This document shows, one piece after another, positions 1 through 9,219 of a stretch of 24,264 bases of DNA (positions within the stretch are counted from its first letter, which is position 1; each line of letters opens with the position of its first letter). The DNA is from an uncultured Clostridia bacterium (GTDB lineage: Bacteria > Bacillota > Clostridia > TANB77 > CAG-508), in the NCBI GenBank assembly GCA_947631785.1, contig CANRMR010000022.1, positions 1 through 24,264 on the forward strand. Reading direction: 5' to 3'. The notes beneath the pieces are model-generated. The model was not told the DNA's origin, did no database searches, and saw only the letters and a program-made list of their open reading frames with translations. The position numbers were made by a program, and so were the translations under genes.

Positions 1-1380
1 ATTAATTTTTCACGAGGAGAATCAATAATTCTTGAACCAACAACCCCTGCAGCATTACATCCAAATCCCATGCACATTGTTAATGCTTGCTTTCCCGAGC
101 TACATGCTTTTCTAAAATAATTATCTAAATTAAACGAAATCCTAGGAAGAACTCCTAAGTCTTCTAAAAGTGTAAATAATGGAAAAAATATAGCCATAGG
201 GGGAAGCATTACAGCTACTACCCAAGATAATGTTTGGTACATTCCATCAATTAAAACACCAGAAAGCCAGCTAGGTGCATGAAGTGCGTTAAATAATACA
301 TATAATTTTTCTTGTATATATCCAAAAAAGCTAGATAAAACTTGAGATGGGTAATTTGCACCAGTTATAGTAAGCCAAAATATAAAGCCTAAAAATAAAA
401 GCATAATAGGAATTCCCCATTTTTTAGAGGTTAAAATTTTATCTATTTTTCTATCTCGTAAAGAATAATTATTATCTTTTAAATGGCAAACATCATCGTA
501 AATATCTTCTGATGTAAATAAAATTCTAGAAACAATTTTATCTCTAAAATTTGATTCATCTATATCATTTTTTTCTAATATTTCTGTGACATTTTCTAAT
601 TCAGAAATAATTTGTTCATTTTCAGTAATAGATATTTGCAAATAATTTTGAATAGCTTCTAATATTTTTTTGTTTCCATCTAGCAGTTTTAGAGCTATCC
701 ATCTTGAAATATAAGAGTAAGATGAAGGCAAAATATTTTGCAATTTACAATCTAGCATTCGTATACAATCTTCTATAATAGGATTATAGGTAATTGTTTT
801 TGGTGTAATATTAGGCTTATTTATACAAATATTATAAACTTCATTCATCAAATTATTTAAAGTTTTGCTTTTTCTTGCAATAGTACCTACTACTGGAACA
901 CCTAAATATAAAGAAAGTTTTTTTAAATTTATATCTATTCCTTTTTTTTCTGCTTCATCTAGTAAATTTACGCAAACTACAACATTTGGAGTAATTTCTA
1001 AAACTTGAAATACTAAATTTAAGTTTCTTTCTAAACATGTTGCATCCACAATAACTATTGTAACATCAGGGTTTCCAAAACAAATATAATCTCTTGCAAT
1101 TTCCTCTTCTTCAGAATTAGACATTAAGGAATATGTTCCAGGAATATCTACTAACAAAAAATCTTTATTTTTATATGTATAATTACCACATGCATTACTA
1201 ACAGTTTTACCGAGGCCAATTACCAGTATGCTGATGCATTCCAGTTAGACTATTGAAAATGGTGCTTTTTCCAACATTAGGGTTACCAGCAAGTGCAATT
1301 GTAAAATCTGATTTTGTTTTCAATTCTTCAAATTCGTCATTTAGTAAATAAGTTCCAGATGATTGAGCTGTAAGTCCCAT
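1..1380 (-). CDS. feoB: Ferrous iron transporter FeoB (N-terminal about 460 codons; C-terminus lies beyond the left edge); needs a +1 shift at CGG 1212-1210
   Basis: It is absent from the ORF track because it runs off the window edge and is frame-broken. Reverse-strand translation starts at ATG 1380-1378, with GGAGG 6 nt upstream. It gives [39 protein letters not shown], then CGG-TAA. The +1 frame continues [79 protein letters not shown] to position 1. These are the FeoB G-domain motifs ([12 protein letters not shown], DxPG) followed by the membrane domain. Confidence 0.88.
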
Positions 1381-1549
1381 AAAATACCTCCTAATTTTAA
1401 TATGTTTTAGTAGTAGTATATGAAAAATTGAAATTTTTGTTAATGATATGCTTAAATAATAAAGTTATTATAACAAAGTAAGTTCTAAACAAAAAAAGAG
1501 AGAATAAACTGTAATAAATTATTGATAAGCAAAAAGGAGGAAAACAAAA

Positions 1550-1936
1550 ATGGAAAATTCAAATATATCAAAAGTAAATGTAGGTATGATTATAGGAAAA
1601 GGAATTATTATAGCTTTCATAACTACATTTATTTTATTGTTTTTATTTTCAATATTACTTACATATACTAATCTGCCAGAGGCTGCAATTGCACCAACTA
1701 TTATTGTTGCATCAGCAATTAGTATATTAATTGGAAGTTCACTTGCAACTTTAAAGATAAAGAAAAATGGATTAATAAATGGAGGAATTATTGGAGGAAT
1801 TTATATATGTACCATTTACTTAATTTCCAGTATTTTAAATACAGGTTTTGCTCTTAATATTTCTTCTATTATTATGATATTAATTTGTATTTTTGCTGGA
1901 ATTTTAGGAGGAATTGTAGGAGTTAATATAAAATGA
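1550..1936 (+). CDS. Small polytopic membrane protein (about four hydrophobic, Gly-rich helices; possibly TIGR04086/YrzE-like)
   Basis: The ATG has AAGGAGG 9 nt upstream. The 128-aa product is almost entirely hydrophobic segments (IIIAFITTFILLFLFSILL, IIVASAISILIGSSL, GGIIGGIYICTIYLI, IMILICIFAGILGGIVG). The family assignment is from memory only. Confidence 0.6.
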   Translation: MENSNISKVNVGMIIGKGIIIAFITTFILLFLFSILLTYTNLPEAAIAPTIIVASAISILIGSSLATLKIKKNGLINGGIIGGIYICTIYLISSILNTGFALNISSIIMILICIFAGILGGIVGVNIK

Positions 1937-2008
1937 TTGCAAAATATAATAGTTTATGTTAAAATACAAAAGAACTAAAATATCCTAAAAAATTGGAAGG
2001 AGATAGAA

Positions 2009-3268
2009 ATGGAAGAAGTAGTAGCAATAGTCATGGCAGCAGGAAAAGGAACTAGAATGAAATCTAACAAATCAAAATTAGTACATAAAATATATGGAAA
2101 AGAACTAGTAAAAAGAGTAGTTGAAACTGCTAAAAAAGCAGAAGTAAATGATATTATAGCAGTAGTAGGTTATATGCAAGACCAAGTAAGAGATGTATTA
2201 AAAGATACAGTATATTATGTAGAACAAAAAGAAATGTTAGGTACAGGTCATGCTGTTATGCAAGTTGCACAAAAGCTAAAAGGAAGAAAAGGTAAGGTTA
2301 TTGTACTAAATGGAGATGTTCCAATTTTACGACCTGAAACATTAAAAGATCTAATAAATAAAAGTATAGAAAATAAAGAATATGCCACTTGTTTAACTGC
2401 AATTTATGATAATCCAACAGGTTATGGAAGAATTATAAGAGGAAAAGATGGAAATATTAAGGAAATTGTAGAAGAAAAAGATGCAAATGCAGAGCAAAAA
2501 CAAATACAAGAAATAAATGCAGGAATATATTGTTTTGATATAGAAGAATTATTGCTCGCATTAGAAAAGCTTACTCCTAATAATTCACAAGGAGAATATT
2601 ATTTAACAGATGTAATCAAAATTATGAATGAAAAAGGATTAAAAGTAGGAGCAGTTATTGTAGAGGATAATACTGAAATATTAGGCGTAAATGATAGAAT
2701 GCAATTAGAAATGTTAACAAGAGTTTTGCGTTTAAGAATTAATGGATATCATATGAAAAATGGAGTTACAATAGAAGATATTAATAATACCTATATATAT
2801 GATGATGTAGAAATTGGAATAGATACAGTTATACACCCAAATACTACAATAAAAAATGGAGTTACAATTGGTAAAAATTGTGAAATAGGTCCAAATTCAT
2901 ATATTAGAGAAGGATGCACACTAGCAGATAATGTAAAAGTAGGAAGCTATGTAGAAATAAAAAAAGCGCAAATAGGAAATGGTACAAAAGTTCCACACTT
3001 ATCATACATGGGGGATTGTAAAATAGGTAAAAAAACAAATATTGGATGTGGAACAATTACATGTAATTATGATGGATTTAACAAAAGTCAAACTGTAATA
3101 GGAGATAATAGCTTTGTAGGTTCTAATGTAAACTTTGTAGCACCAGTAGAAATAGGTGATAATAGTTTTATTGCAGCAGGATCAACAATAACAGAAGATG
3201 TAGCAGCAGATTCTTTAGCAATTGCAAGACAAAGGCAAATTAATAAAGAAGGATGGAATAAAAAATAA
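2009..3268 (+). CDS. glmU: Bifunctional UDP-N-acetylglucosamine pyrophosphorylase / glucosamine-1-phosphate N-acetyltransferase
   Basis: GGAAGGAGA RBS. The N-terminal nucleotidyltransferase signature is VAIVMAAGKGTRMKS..KLVH. GTGHAV and NGDVPIL are present. The C-terminal half consists of hexapeptide (left-handed beta-helix) repeats (IGxNxxIG, VGSYVEIKKAQIGNGTKVPHLSYMGD, IGCGTITCNYDG). Confidence 0.93.
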   Translation: MEEVVAIVMAAGKGTRMKSNKSKLVHKIYGKELVKRVVETAKKAEVNDIIAVVGYMQDQVRDVLKDTVYYVEQKEMLGTGHAVMQVAQKLKGRKGKVIVLNGDVPILRPETLKDLINKSIENKEYATCLTAIYDNPTGYGRIIRGKDGNIKEIVEEKDANAEQKQIQEINAGIYCFDIEELLLALEKLTPNNSQGEYYLTDVIKIMNEKGLKVGAVIVEDNTEILGVNDRMQLEMLTRVLRLRINGYHMKNGVTIEDINNTYIYDDVEIGIDTVIHPNTTIKNGVTIGKNCEIGPNSYIREGCTLADNVKVGSYVEIKKAQIGNGTKVPHLSYMGDCKIGKKTNIGCGTITCNYDGFNKSQTVIGDNSFVGSNVNFVAPVEIGDNSFIAAGSTITEDVAADSLAIARQRQINKEGWNKK

Positions 3269-3271
3269 AGT

Positions 3272-4900
3272 ATGAAAAACAAAGAGAAAAAAATAAAAAA
3301 AGAAAGTTTTATGAAAGGTGTATTAGTACTTATGGTATCACAAGTACTAATTAAACTTTTAGGTCTAGTTTATAAACTATATTTAACAAATAGAGAAGGC
3401 TTTGGAGATGAAGGAAATGCAATTTACAGCAGTGGATTTCAAATTTATGCATTACTACTTACATTATCATCAATAGGTGTGCCAAATGCAATTTCTAAAT
3501 TAGTATCTGAAAGGGTAGCAATAGGAGATCATAAAGGTGCACATAGAATTTTTAAAATTGCTTTTTTAACATTTGGAGTATTAGGATTAATTGGTACTTT
3601 AGCATTGTTCTTTGGTGCAAACTATATTGCAAATGTAGCATTGCAAATACCAGAAGCGGAACTTACGCTAGTTGCTTTATCACCATCAATATTCTTTGTT
3701 GCGATTGCATCAGTTGTAAGAGGGTACTTCAATGGAAGAGAACATATATCAGTTACTGCAAGATCACAAACTTTAGAACAAGTTTTTAAAACCACATTAA
3801 CAATAATTGTAGTAGAGCTTGTAGCGTTAATTTATGGGTTAGATACTACTATGATGGCAGCAGGAGCAAACCTTGCAACAACAATTTCTATTTTCTTAAG
3901 TTTTGGATATTTATTTTTATATTACAAATCTACAAAAAAGGAAATTGTAAGTGAAATAAAATCTACAACAAATTATAAGCCAGAAAGAATAAAAAATATA
4001 ATAAAAAGCATACTATACGTATCAATACCTATTTCTCTTAGTGCAATTATGACATCACTTGGAAAAAATATTGATTCTGTTACTGTAGTAAGAGGTTTAA
4101 AGGCATTTATGTCTCAGCAAGAGGCAAAAATTCAGTATGGAATATTAAGTGGAAAGGTAGATACATTAATTACATTGCCATTATCATTTAATGTAGCATT
4201 TGCTACAGCACTTGTTCCAGCAATAGCTTCAGCAAAAGCTAAAAATGATATGCAAACAGCAAAAAGTAAAGTATCATCATCACTTCTAATTACAATGCTA
4301 ATTGGTCTTCCATGTACATTTGGAATGTTTGTATTTGCACAGCCAATTATAGAATTGTTATTTCCAAATGCAACAGCAGGAACTATTTTGTTACAAATAA
4401 GTTCATTTACAATTTTATTTTCTGTTCTTACACAAACCATTAATGGTGCATTGCAAGGATTAGGAAAAGTAATGATACCAGCTATATCTGGTGCAATTGG
4501 TCTTATTGCAAAACTAATTTTAAATATTGTACTTGTACAAAATCCAAATTTTGGTGCAAATGGTGCAGCAATAGCTTCCGTAGTAAATATTGTAATTGCA
4601 TTTATAATTAGTTATGTAGTACTTAAAAAGAATATGGAATTGGATTTAAAAGTCTCAAATTTTGTAATAAAGCCATGCGTAGCTACAGGAATAATGTGTA
4701 TATGTTCTTATTTTATATATAATTTATGTATGCAAATTCACCCAGGAAGAATAGCAACTATTATTGCTCTTGTTTTTGCAGTTATAATTTATGCTATTTC
4801 CGTAATAATTTTAAAGATTTTTAATAAAGAAGAAATAGAGCAAATTCCATTTGGTAAAAAACTATACAAAATACTTCAAAGCATTGGTATATATAGCTAA
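3272..4900 (+). CDS. spoVB: MOP-superfamily (MurJ/Wzx-like) polysaccharide or peptidoglycan-precursor flippase, SpoVB-like
   Basis: The 542-aa protein has about 14 predicted TM helices. Its N-terminus, SFMKGVLVLMVSQVLIKLLGLVYKLYLTNREG, parallels the SpoVB/MurJ N-terminus. Its position just upstream of hup matches the conserved spoVB-(mazG)-hup neighbourhood of spore formers. The flippase family call is confident. SpoVB orthology is an inference. Confidence 0.7.
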   Translation: MKNKEKKIKKESFMKGVLVLMVSQVLIKLLGLVYKLYLTNREGFGDEGNAIYSSGFQIYALLLTLSSIGVPNAISKLVSERVAIGDHKGAHRIFKIAFLTFGVLGLIGTLALFFGANYIANVALQIPEAELTLVALSPSIFFVAIASVVRGYFNGREHISVTARSQTLEQVFKTTLTIIVVELVALIYGLDTTMMAAGANLATTISIFLSFGYLFLYYKSTKKEIVSEIKSTTNYKPERIKNIIKSILYVSIPISLSAIMTSLGKNIDSVTVVRGLKAFMSQQEAKIQYGILSGKVDTLITLPLSFNVAFATALVPAIASAKAKNDMQTAKSKVSSSLLITMLIGLPCTFGMFVFAQPIIELLFPNATAGTILLQISSFTILFSVLTQTINGALQGLGKVMIPAISGAIGLIAKLILNIVLVQNPNFGANGAAIASVVNIVIAFIISYVVLKKNMELDLKVSNFVIKPCVATGIMCICSYFIYNLCMQIHPGRIATIIALVFAVIIYAISVIILKIFNKEEIEQIPFGKKLYKILQSIGIYS

Positions 4901-5072
4901 AACCCGATTTAAAATTATTGTTTAATTGTAAATAAATTCTAAAATTAAGTTGTCCGTAAGGACAAAAGAAAAAAATAATAAAAAAAAAGAAGGATTTTAT
5001 AAAAAAAAGGCGAATAATCTTATTAGTAGAAGCAAATTCTACATAAATGAAAACTTTTAGGAGGTAATTTAA

Positions 5073-5351
5073 ATGAACAAATCAGATTTAATCGCGGCTA
5101 TGGCTGCAAAAACAGGAGAAACAAAGAAAAGTGCTGAAGCTAGTGTTAATGCTTTTGTAGAAGTTGTAACAGAAGCTTTAGTAAAAGGAGACAAAGTACA
5201 ATTAGTAGGATTTGGTTCTTTTGAAGTAAGAAAAAGAGCAGCAAGAAAAGGAAGAAATCCACAAACTAAAGAAGAAATCAAAATACCTGCATCAAAAGCT
5301 CCAGTATTCAAAGCTGGTAAAGCATTAAAAGATTTAGTAAATAAAAAATAA
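5073..5351 (+). CDS. hup: Nucleoid-associated DNA-binding protein HU
   Basis: AGGAGG RBS. The 92-aa product is [52 protein letters not shown], which contains the canonical HU/IHF arm motif R-x-G-R-N-P-x-T. Confidence 0.96.
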   Translation: MNKSDLIAAMAAKTGETKKSAEASVNAFVEVVTEALVKGDKVQLVGFGSFEVRKRAARKGRNPQTKEEIKIPASKAPVFKAGKALKDLVNKK

Positions 5352-5376
5352 TTACTTATATAATTAAAATAAAAAT

Positions 5377-5409
5377 AAAAGGATAGGTATGTCTATCCTT
5401 TTATTTTTT
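5377..5409 (+). terminator. Rho-independent terminator of hup
   Basis: The stem pairs AAAAGGATAG (5377-5386) with CTATCCTTTT (5393-5402). The loop is GTATGT, and a T-run follows to 5409. Confidence 0.85.
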
Positions 5410-5438
5410 AAAACAATATAAAAAGGGAATGATAAATT

Positions 5439-6738
5439 ATGAATATATTAGAGATAATTGCTAAAAAAAGAGACAAACAAGAATTAAATAAAGATGAAAT
5501 CGAATTTTTTATAAAAGAATATACTCAAAATAAAATAACAGATTATCAAGCAGCAGCTCTTTTAATGGCAATTTATATAAATGGTGCAAGTATAGAAGAG
5601 ACAACTAATTTAAGCATAGCAATGGCACATTCAGGGGATGTTTTAGATCTATCTTCATTAGGAAATGTTGTAGATAAACATAGTACAGGAGGAGTTGGAG
5701 ATAAAATTACTTTAATATTAATGCCAATTATAGCATCACTTGGAATACCAGTTGCGAAAATGTCTGGAAGAGGTTTAGGCTTTACTGGAGGAACAGTAGA
5801 TAAATTAGAATCTATACCAGGATACAATACTAGTATTTCAACTGAAGAATTTATAAAAAATACTAAGGAAATAGGAATAAGTTTAATTGCTCAAACTTTA
5901 AATTTAGCTCCAGCTGATAAAAAAATTTATGCACTAAGAGATACAATAGCATGTGTAGAAAGTATACCTCTTATTGCATCTAGTATTATGAGCAAAAAAA
6001 TAGCAGCAGGAGCAAGTAAAATAGTTTTAGATGTTACTGTTCGGAAATGGTGCATTTATGAAAAACAAAGAAGATGCAATAAAACTTGCAAAAACTATGA
6101 AAAAAATAGGAAAATTAGCAGGTAAAGATACAATTTGTGTTTTAACATCTATGGATGAACCATTAGGTTATGCAGTAGGAAATCAATTAGAAGTAATAGA
6201 AGCTACAAAATGTTTAAAAGGTGATATGCCAGATGATGTAAAAAGGGTAGTTTTAACATTAGGAGCATACATGATAAAATTAGCTGGTAAAGGAGAAGAT
6301 ATAGAAGAAAATAAAACAAAAATATTACAACAAATAAAAAATAAAAAAGCATATAACAAATTTTTAGAATTGGTTGAAAGGCAGGGTGGAGATATTTCAT
6401 ATATAGAAAATACAAACAAATTTGAAAAAGCAGAATATGTTTTAGAAGTAATTTGTAAAAATGAAGGTTTTGTTCAAGAAATAAATGCAATAAAAATAGG
6501 AAAATTGGCTTCTTTTTTAGGTGCAGGAAGAATAACAAAAGAAGATAAGATAGACAATAAAGTAGGAATTGTGCTTAATAAAAAGAAATCAGATAGTGTA
6601 AAAAAAGGAGAAGTCCTTGCATATATTTATGCAAATAATCTTAAAAAAGCTAAAAAAGCTAAAGATGAATTAGAAAATATTATAAAAATTGGAGAAATAC
6701 AACCTAAAAAAGAAGATATAATTTTAGAAATTTTGTAA
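5439..6738 (+). CDS. pdp: Pyrimidine-nucleoside (thymidine) phosphorylase; needs a +1 shift at CGG 6042-6044 (track ORFs 5439..6125 and 6031..6738)
   Basis: The N-terminal part contains VDKHSTGGVGD, AKMSGRGLGFTGGTVDKLESIPG, PADKKIYALRD and IPLIASSIMSKKIAAG. It runs to ..IVLDVTV, then CGG. The +1 frame continues GNGAFMKNKEDAIKLA..LGYAVGNQLEVIEA..GAGR. This is collinear with Bacillus Pdp (IVLDVKTGAGAFMK). Confidence 0.9.
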
Positions 6739-7479
6739 CAAATCATCCATATGATAAAAGCCAGCAGGTTTGTTTACTATAAATTCGCATGCTTTTAAAG
6801 CACCTTTTGCAAAAATACTTCTTGAATAACTTGTATGTTTTATTTCAAATGTTTCATCTTCTCCAAAAAATAATACACTATGCTCACCAACTATATCTCC
6901 TCCACGAATAGAAGAAAAACCAATCTCATTTTTTTCTCTTTTATGCTTATTGTTTAATCTATCAAAAACATAATTCATATTGTTTCCATTTGCTTTATTT
7001 ATGCTATCTGCAAGAAGTAAAGCAGTACCACTTGGAGCATCTATTTTACGATTATGATGAGTTTCAACAATTTCTATATCTGAATCCTTAAAATAAGGTG
7101 TTATTTGCTTTAAAATTTTGCACATAAGGTTAATATCGTAAGACATATTAGCAGACTGAAAAATAGGAATATTTTTAGACTCAAGTTCCAACATTTTAAA
7201 TTGTTCTTTAGAAAAACCAGTTGTAGCAATTACAATTGGAATTTGTTTTTTATTTGCATATTTTAGTATTTCAAAAGTAGCTTCTGGTACAGAAAAATCA
7301 ACAATAACATCGACTTGTTCGCAAATATTATCTATTGAAGTATAAACAGGAAATGTATTTAATCCATTATCATTTTTATCAAAACCACAACTTAAAAAAA
7401 GATTAGAAAAATTATCTATCTGTTTTATTACTTCTTGTCCCATTTTTCCATTACATCCATTTACTAATATATTTATCAT
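6724..7479 (-). CDS. dapB: 4-hydroxy-tetrahydrodipicolinate reductase
   Basis: AAAGGAG RBS. The N-terminal Rossmann motif is ILVNGCNGKMGQ, and the DapB signature is EIVETHHNRKIDAPSGTAL. The 3' end overlaps the pdp 3' end by 15 nt (convergent genes). Confidence 0.93.
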   Translation of the reverse strand: MINILVNGCNGKMGQEVIKQIDNFSNLFLSCGFDKNDNGLNTFPVYTSIDNICEQVDVIVDFSVPEATFEILKYANKKQIPIVIATTGFSKEQFKMLELESKNIPIFQSANMSYDINLMCKILKQITPYFKDSDIEIVETHHNRKIDAPSGTALLLADSINKANGNNMNYVFDRLNNKHKREKNEIGFSSIRGGDIVGEHSVLFFGEDETFEIKHTSYSRSIFAKGALKACEFIVNKPAGFYHMDDLLQNF

Positions 7480-7504
7480 ATAAAAAACACTCCTTTTAAC
7501 ATAA

Positions 7505-7541
7505 ATAAAAAATAGATGGGCGATTATAAAATAAATCGCCC
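7505..7541 (-). terminator. Rho-independent terminator after the HD-domain gene
   Basis: On the minus strand, GGGCGATT (7541-7534) pairs with AATCGCCC (7525-7518) around an 8-nt loop. The tail TCTATTTTTT follows. Confidence 0.75.
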
Positions 7542-7550
7542 TTTAGTCAT

Positions 7551-8087
7551 TTATATAAACTTAAGAACACATACACTTAAAAATAAATAAGCATATCTAT
7601 AAATTTTTTTATTAAAAAATTTTTTAGAACATACTACATAAGACTCTGATAAAGCACAGTATTTATCTACTAAAGTGACAATATAAGATTCTTTATATTT
7701 TGGAAATTTTATTGTTAAAGGCCACATATGTTTTAAAATAATATCTTGTTCTTTTTTATTTAAATTAAATAAATTACTTGCATTTTGTAAAGCGTATTTT
7801 GGGTGAGTAAAACCATGAAGACCTTTCCTAGATGCATCTTTTTTTCTCCAGTCATATAAGAATAAATCGTGAAGCATTCCAGCTCTTGCAACTGCTTTAT
7901 AGTCTAAATTATATTTTTTACAAAGTAAGTAACTATAAAATGCAACACGCAAACAATGATCAAAACAACTTGTTTCAAAATGTTGTCTAAATTTTTTCAT
8001 TTGTAATACTGTATCGTTTGTAATAATTTCCTTTATAATTTGCTTAAACTCTACATCATTATCTATCTTTTTCATCAAATCGTTCAT
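7551..8087 (-). CDS. HD-domain metal-dependent phosphohydrolase
   Basis: The 178-aa product has an HD motif context (FDHCLRVAFYSY..AGMLHDLFLYDW) and later HMWP. AGGAG lies upstream. The substrate is unknown. Confidence 0.7.
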   Translation of the reverse strand: MNDLMKKIDNDVEFKQIIKEIITNDTVLQMKKFRQHFETSCFDHCLRVAFYSYLLCKKYNLDYKAVARAGMLHDLFLYDWRKKDASRKGLHGFTHPKYALQNASNLFNLNKKEQDIILKHMWPLTIKFPKYKESYIVTLVDKYCALSESYVVCSKKFFNKKIYRYAYLFLSVCVLKFI

Positions 8088-8157
8088 TAATAATCAAACT
8101 CCTAATATAAGTAAGTATGTAAATTTTAAATTCATCTAAATAAATTATACCACAAAA

Positions 8158-9046
8158 TTAGGATAATAATCTATAATTTTGCAATTCTTTTTTTAATTTT
8201 TCCTTTCCAACTTTAGACATTTCAACCAAAGGAAGTCTAGGTATGCCAAAATTATATCCAAGCATATTTAAAGCAGCTTTTACAGGTATTGGGTTTACCT
8301 CAGAAAATAGGCTATCTATTAAAGATATAGATGAAAGCTGTATTTCTTGTGCTTTTTTAGTATTTCCGAGCAAAAAATTCTTTTGTCATAGTAGAAAATT
8401 GTTTTGGAGCAATATTAGATAAAACTGAAATAACACCAAGACCACCTATAGATAAAACTGGTAAAACTTGATCATCATTTCCACTATAAATGTATAAGTC
8501 ATCTTTGCATAAAGAAGAAATTTTTGCAACTTGAGATAAATTACCACTAGCCTCCTTTACAGCAACAATATTTGGAATTTTTGAAAGTTCTAAACATGTT
8601 TCAGGGGTAACATTTAAGCCAGTTCTTCCTGGTACATTATATAAAATAATAGGTAAAGATGTGGAATTTGCAATTTCAGTATAATGTTTTATTAAACCTG
8701 CTTGGGTTGTTTTGTTATAATAAGGTGTAACTACAAGAAGGCCATCTACACCTAAACTTTCCGCAAGCATGCTCATATCAATAACAGATAAAGTATTATT
8801 TCCACCAGTTCCAGCAATAACAGGTACCCTTCCATGTGAAGTTTTTACAGCGCATTCAATTGCTTGTTTTTTTTCTTCCTTAGTCATACAAGAAGATTCT
8901 CCAGTAGTTCCGCAAACTACTAAAGCATCAATTCCATTTGCAATTTGGTTTTCTATTAGTCTTTCAAATTCAGTAATGTTTACTCCATTTTCATCAAAAG
9001 GAGTACAAAGAGCTGTTGCACAGCCTTTAAATAAAATTTTTTTCAT
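8158..9046 (-). CDS. dapA: 4-hydroxy-tetrahydrodipicolinate synthase; needs a +1 shift at CGG 8368-8366 (track ORFs 8357..9052 and 8158..8373)
   Basis: Motifs present are LVVCGTTGES, VIAGTGGNNT, TPYYNK, YNVPGRTG and the active-site-Lys context AVKEASGN. After ..KEFFA comes CGG. The +1 frame continues GNTKKAQEIQL..NPIPVKAALNMLG..RLPL, the DapA C-terminus. I prefer the ATG at 9046-9044 (AGGAG 10 nt upstream) to the TTG at 9052 used by the track. Confidence 0.9.
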
Positions 9047-9219
9047 ATACAAATCACTCCTAAAAGAGTATATAAAAAAATATATAATTATATATTTTTG
9101 TCATCAATATTATATGATAAAAATATATAAAAAGAAATAGAAATTAAAAATAAAAAAAATATTGTAATATGAAAGCAGTTATGATATAGTAATATAAGAA
9201 AAATTAGGAGGTAAAGCAT

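Noticed and set aside
4949-4966. Hairpin TTGTCC-GTAA-GGACAA after spoVB as a rho-independent terminator
   Set aside because: The stem is only 6 bp, and it is followed by an A-run rather than a T-run on the + strand. It may be a minor RNA structure, but it is not a supportable terminator call.
8769-9140. 123-aa plus-strand ORF overlapping dapA, and a 60-aa ORF at 10162..10344 inside the GT4 transferase
   Set aside because: One is antisense to, and the other out of frame within, a gene with clear family motifs. Neither has an RBS or a recognisable domain.
9047-9219. Possible lysine (L-box) riboswitch upstream of dapA
   Set aside because: The divergent dapA/rpiB spacer is almost pure A/T and has no GC-containing helices. 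An L-box needs about 180 nt of structured, conserved sequence.
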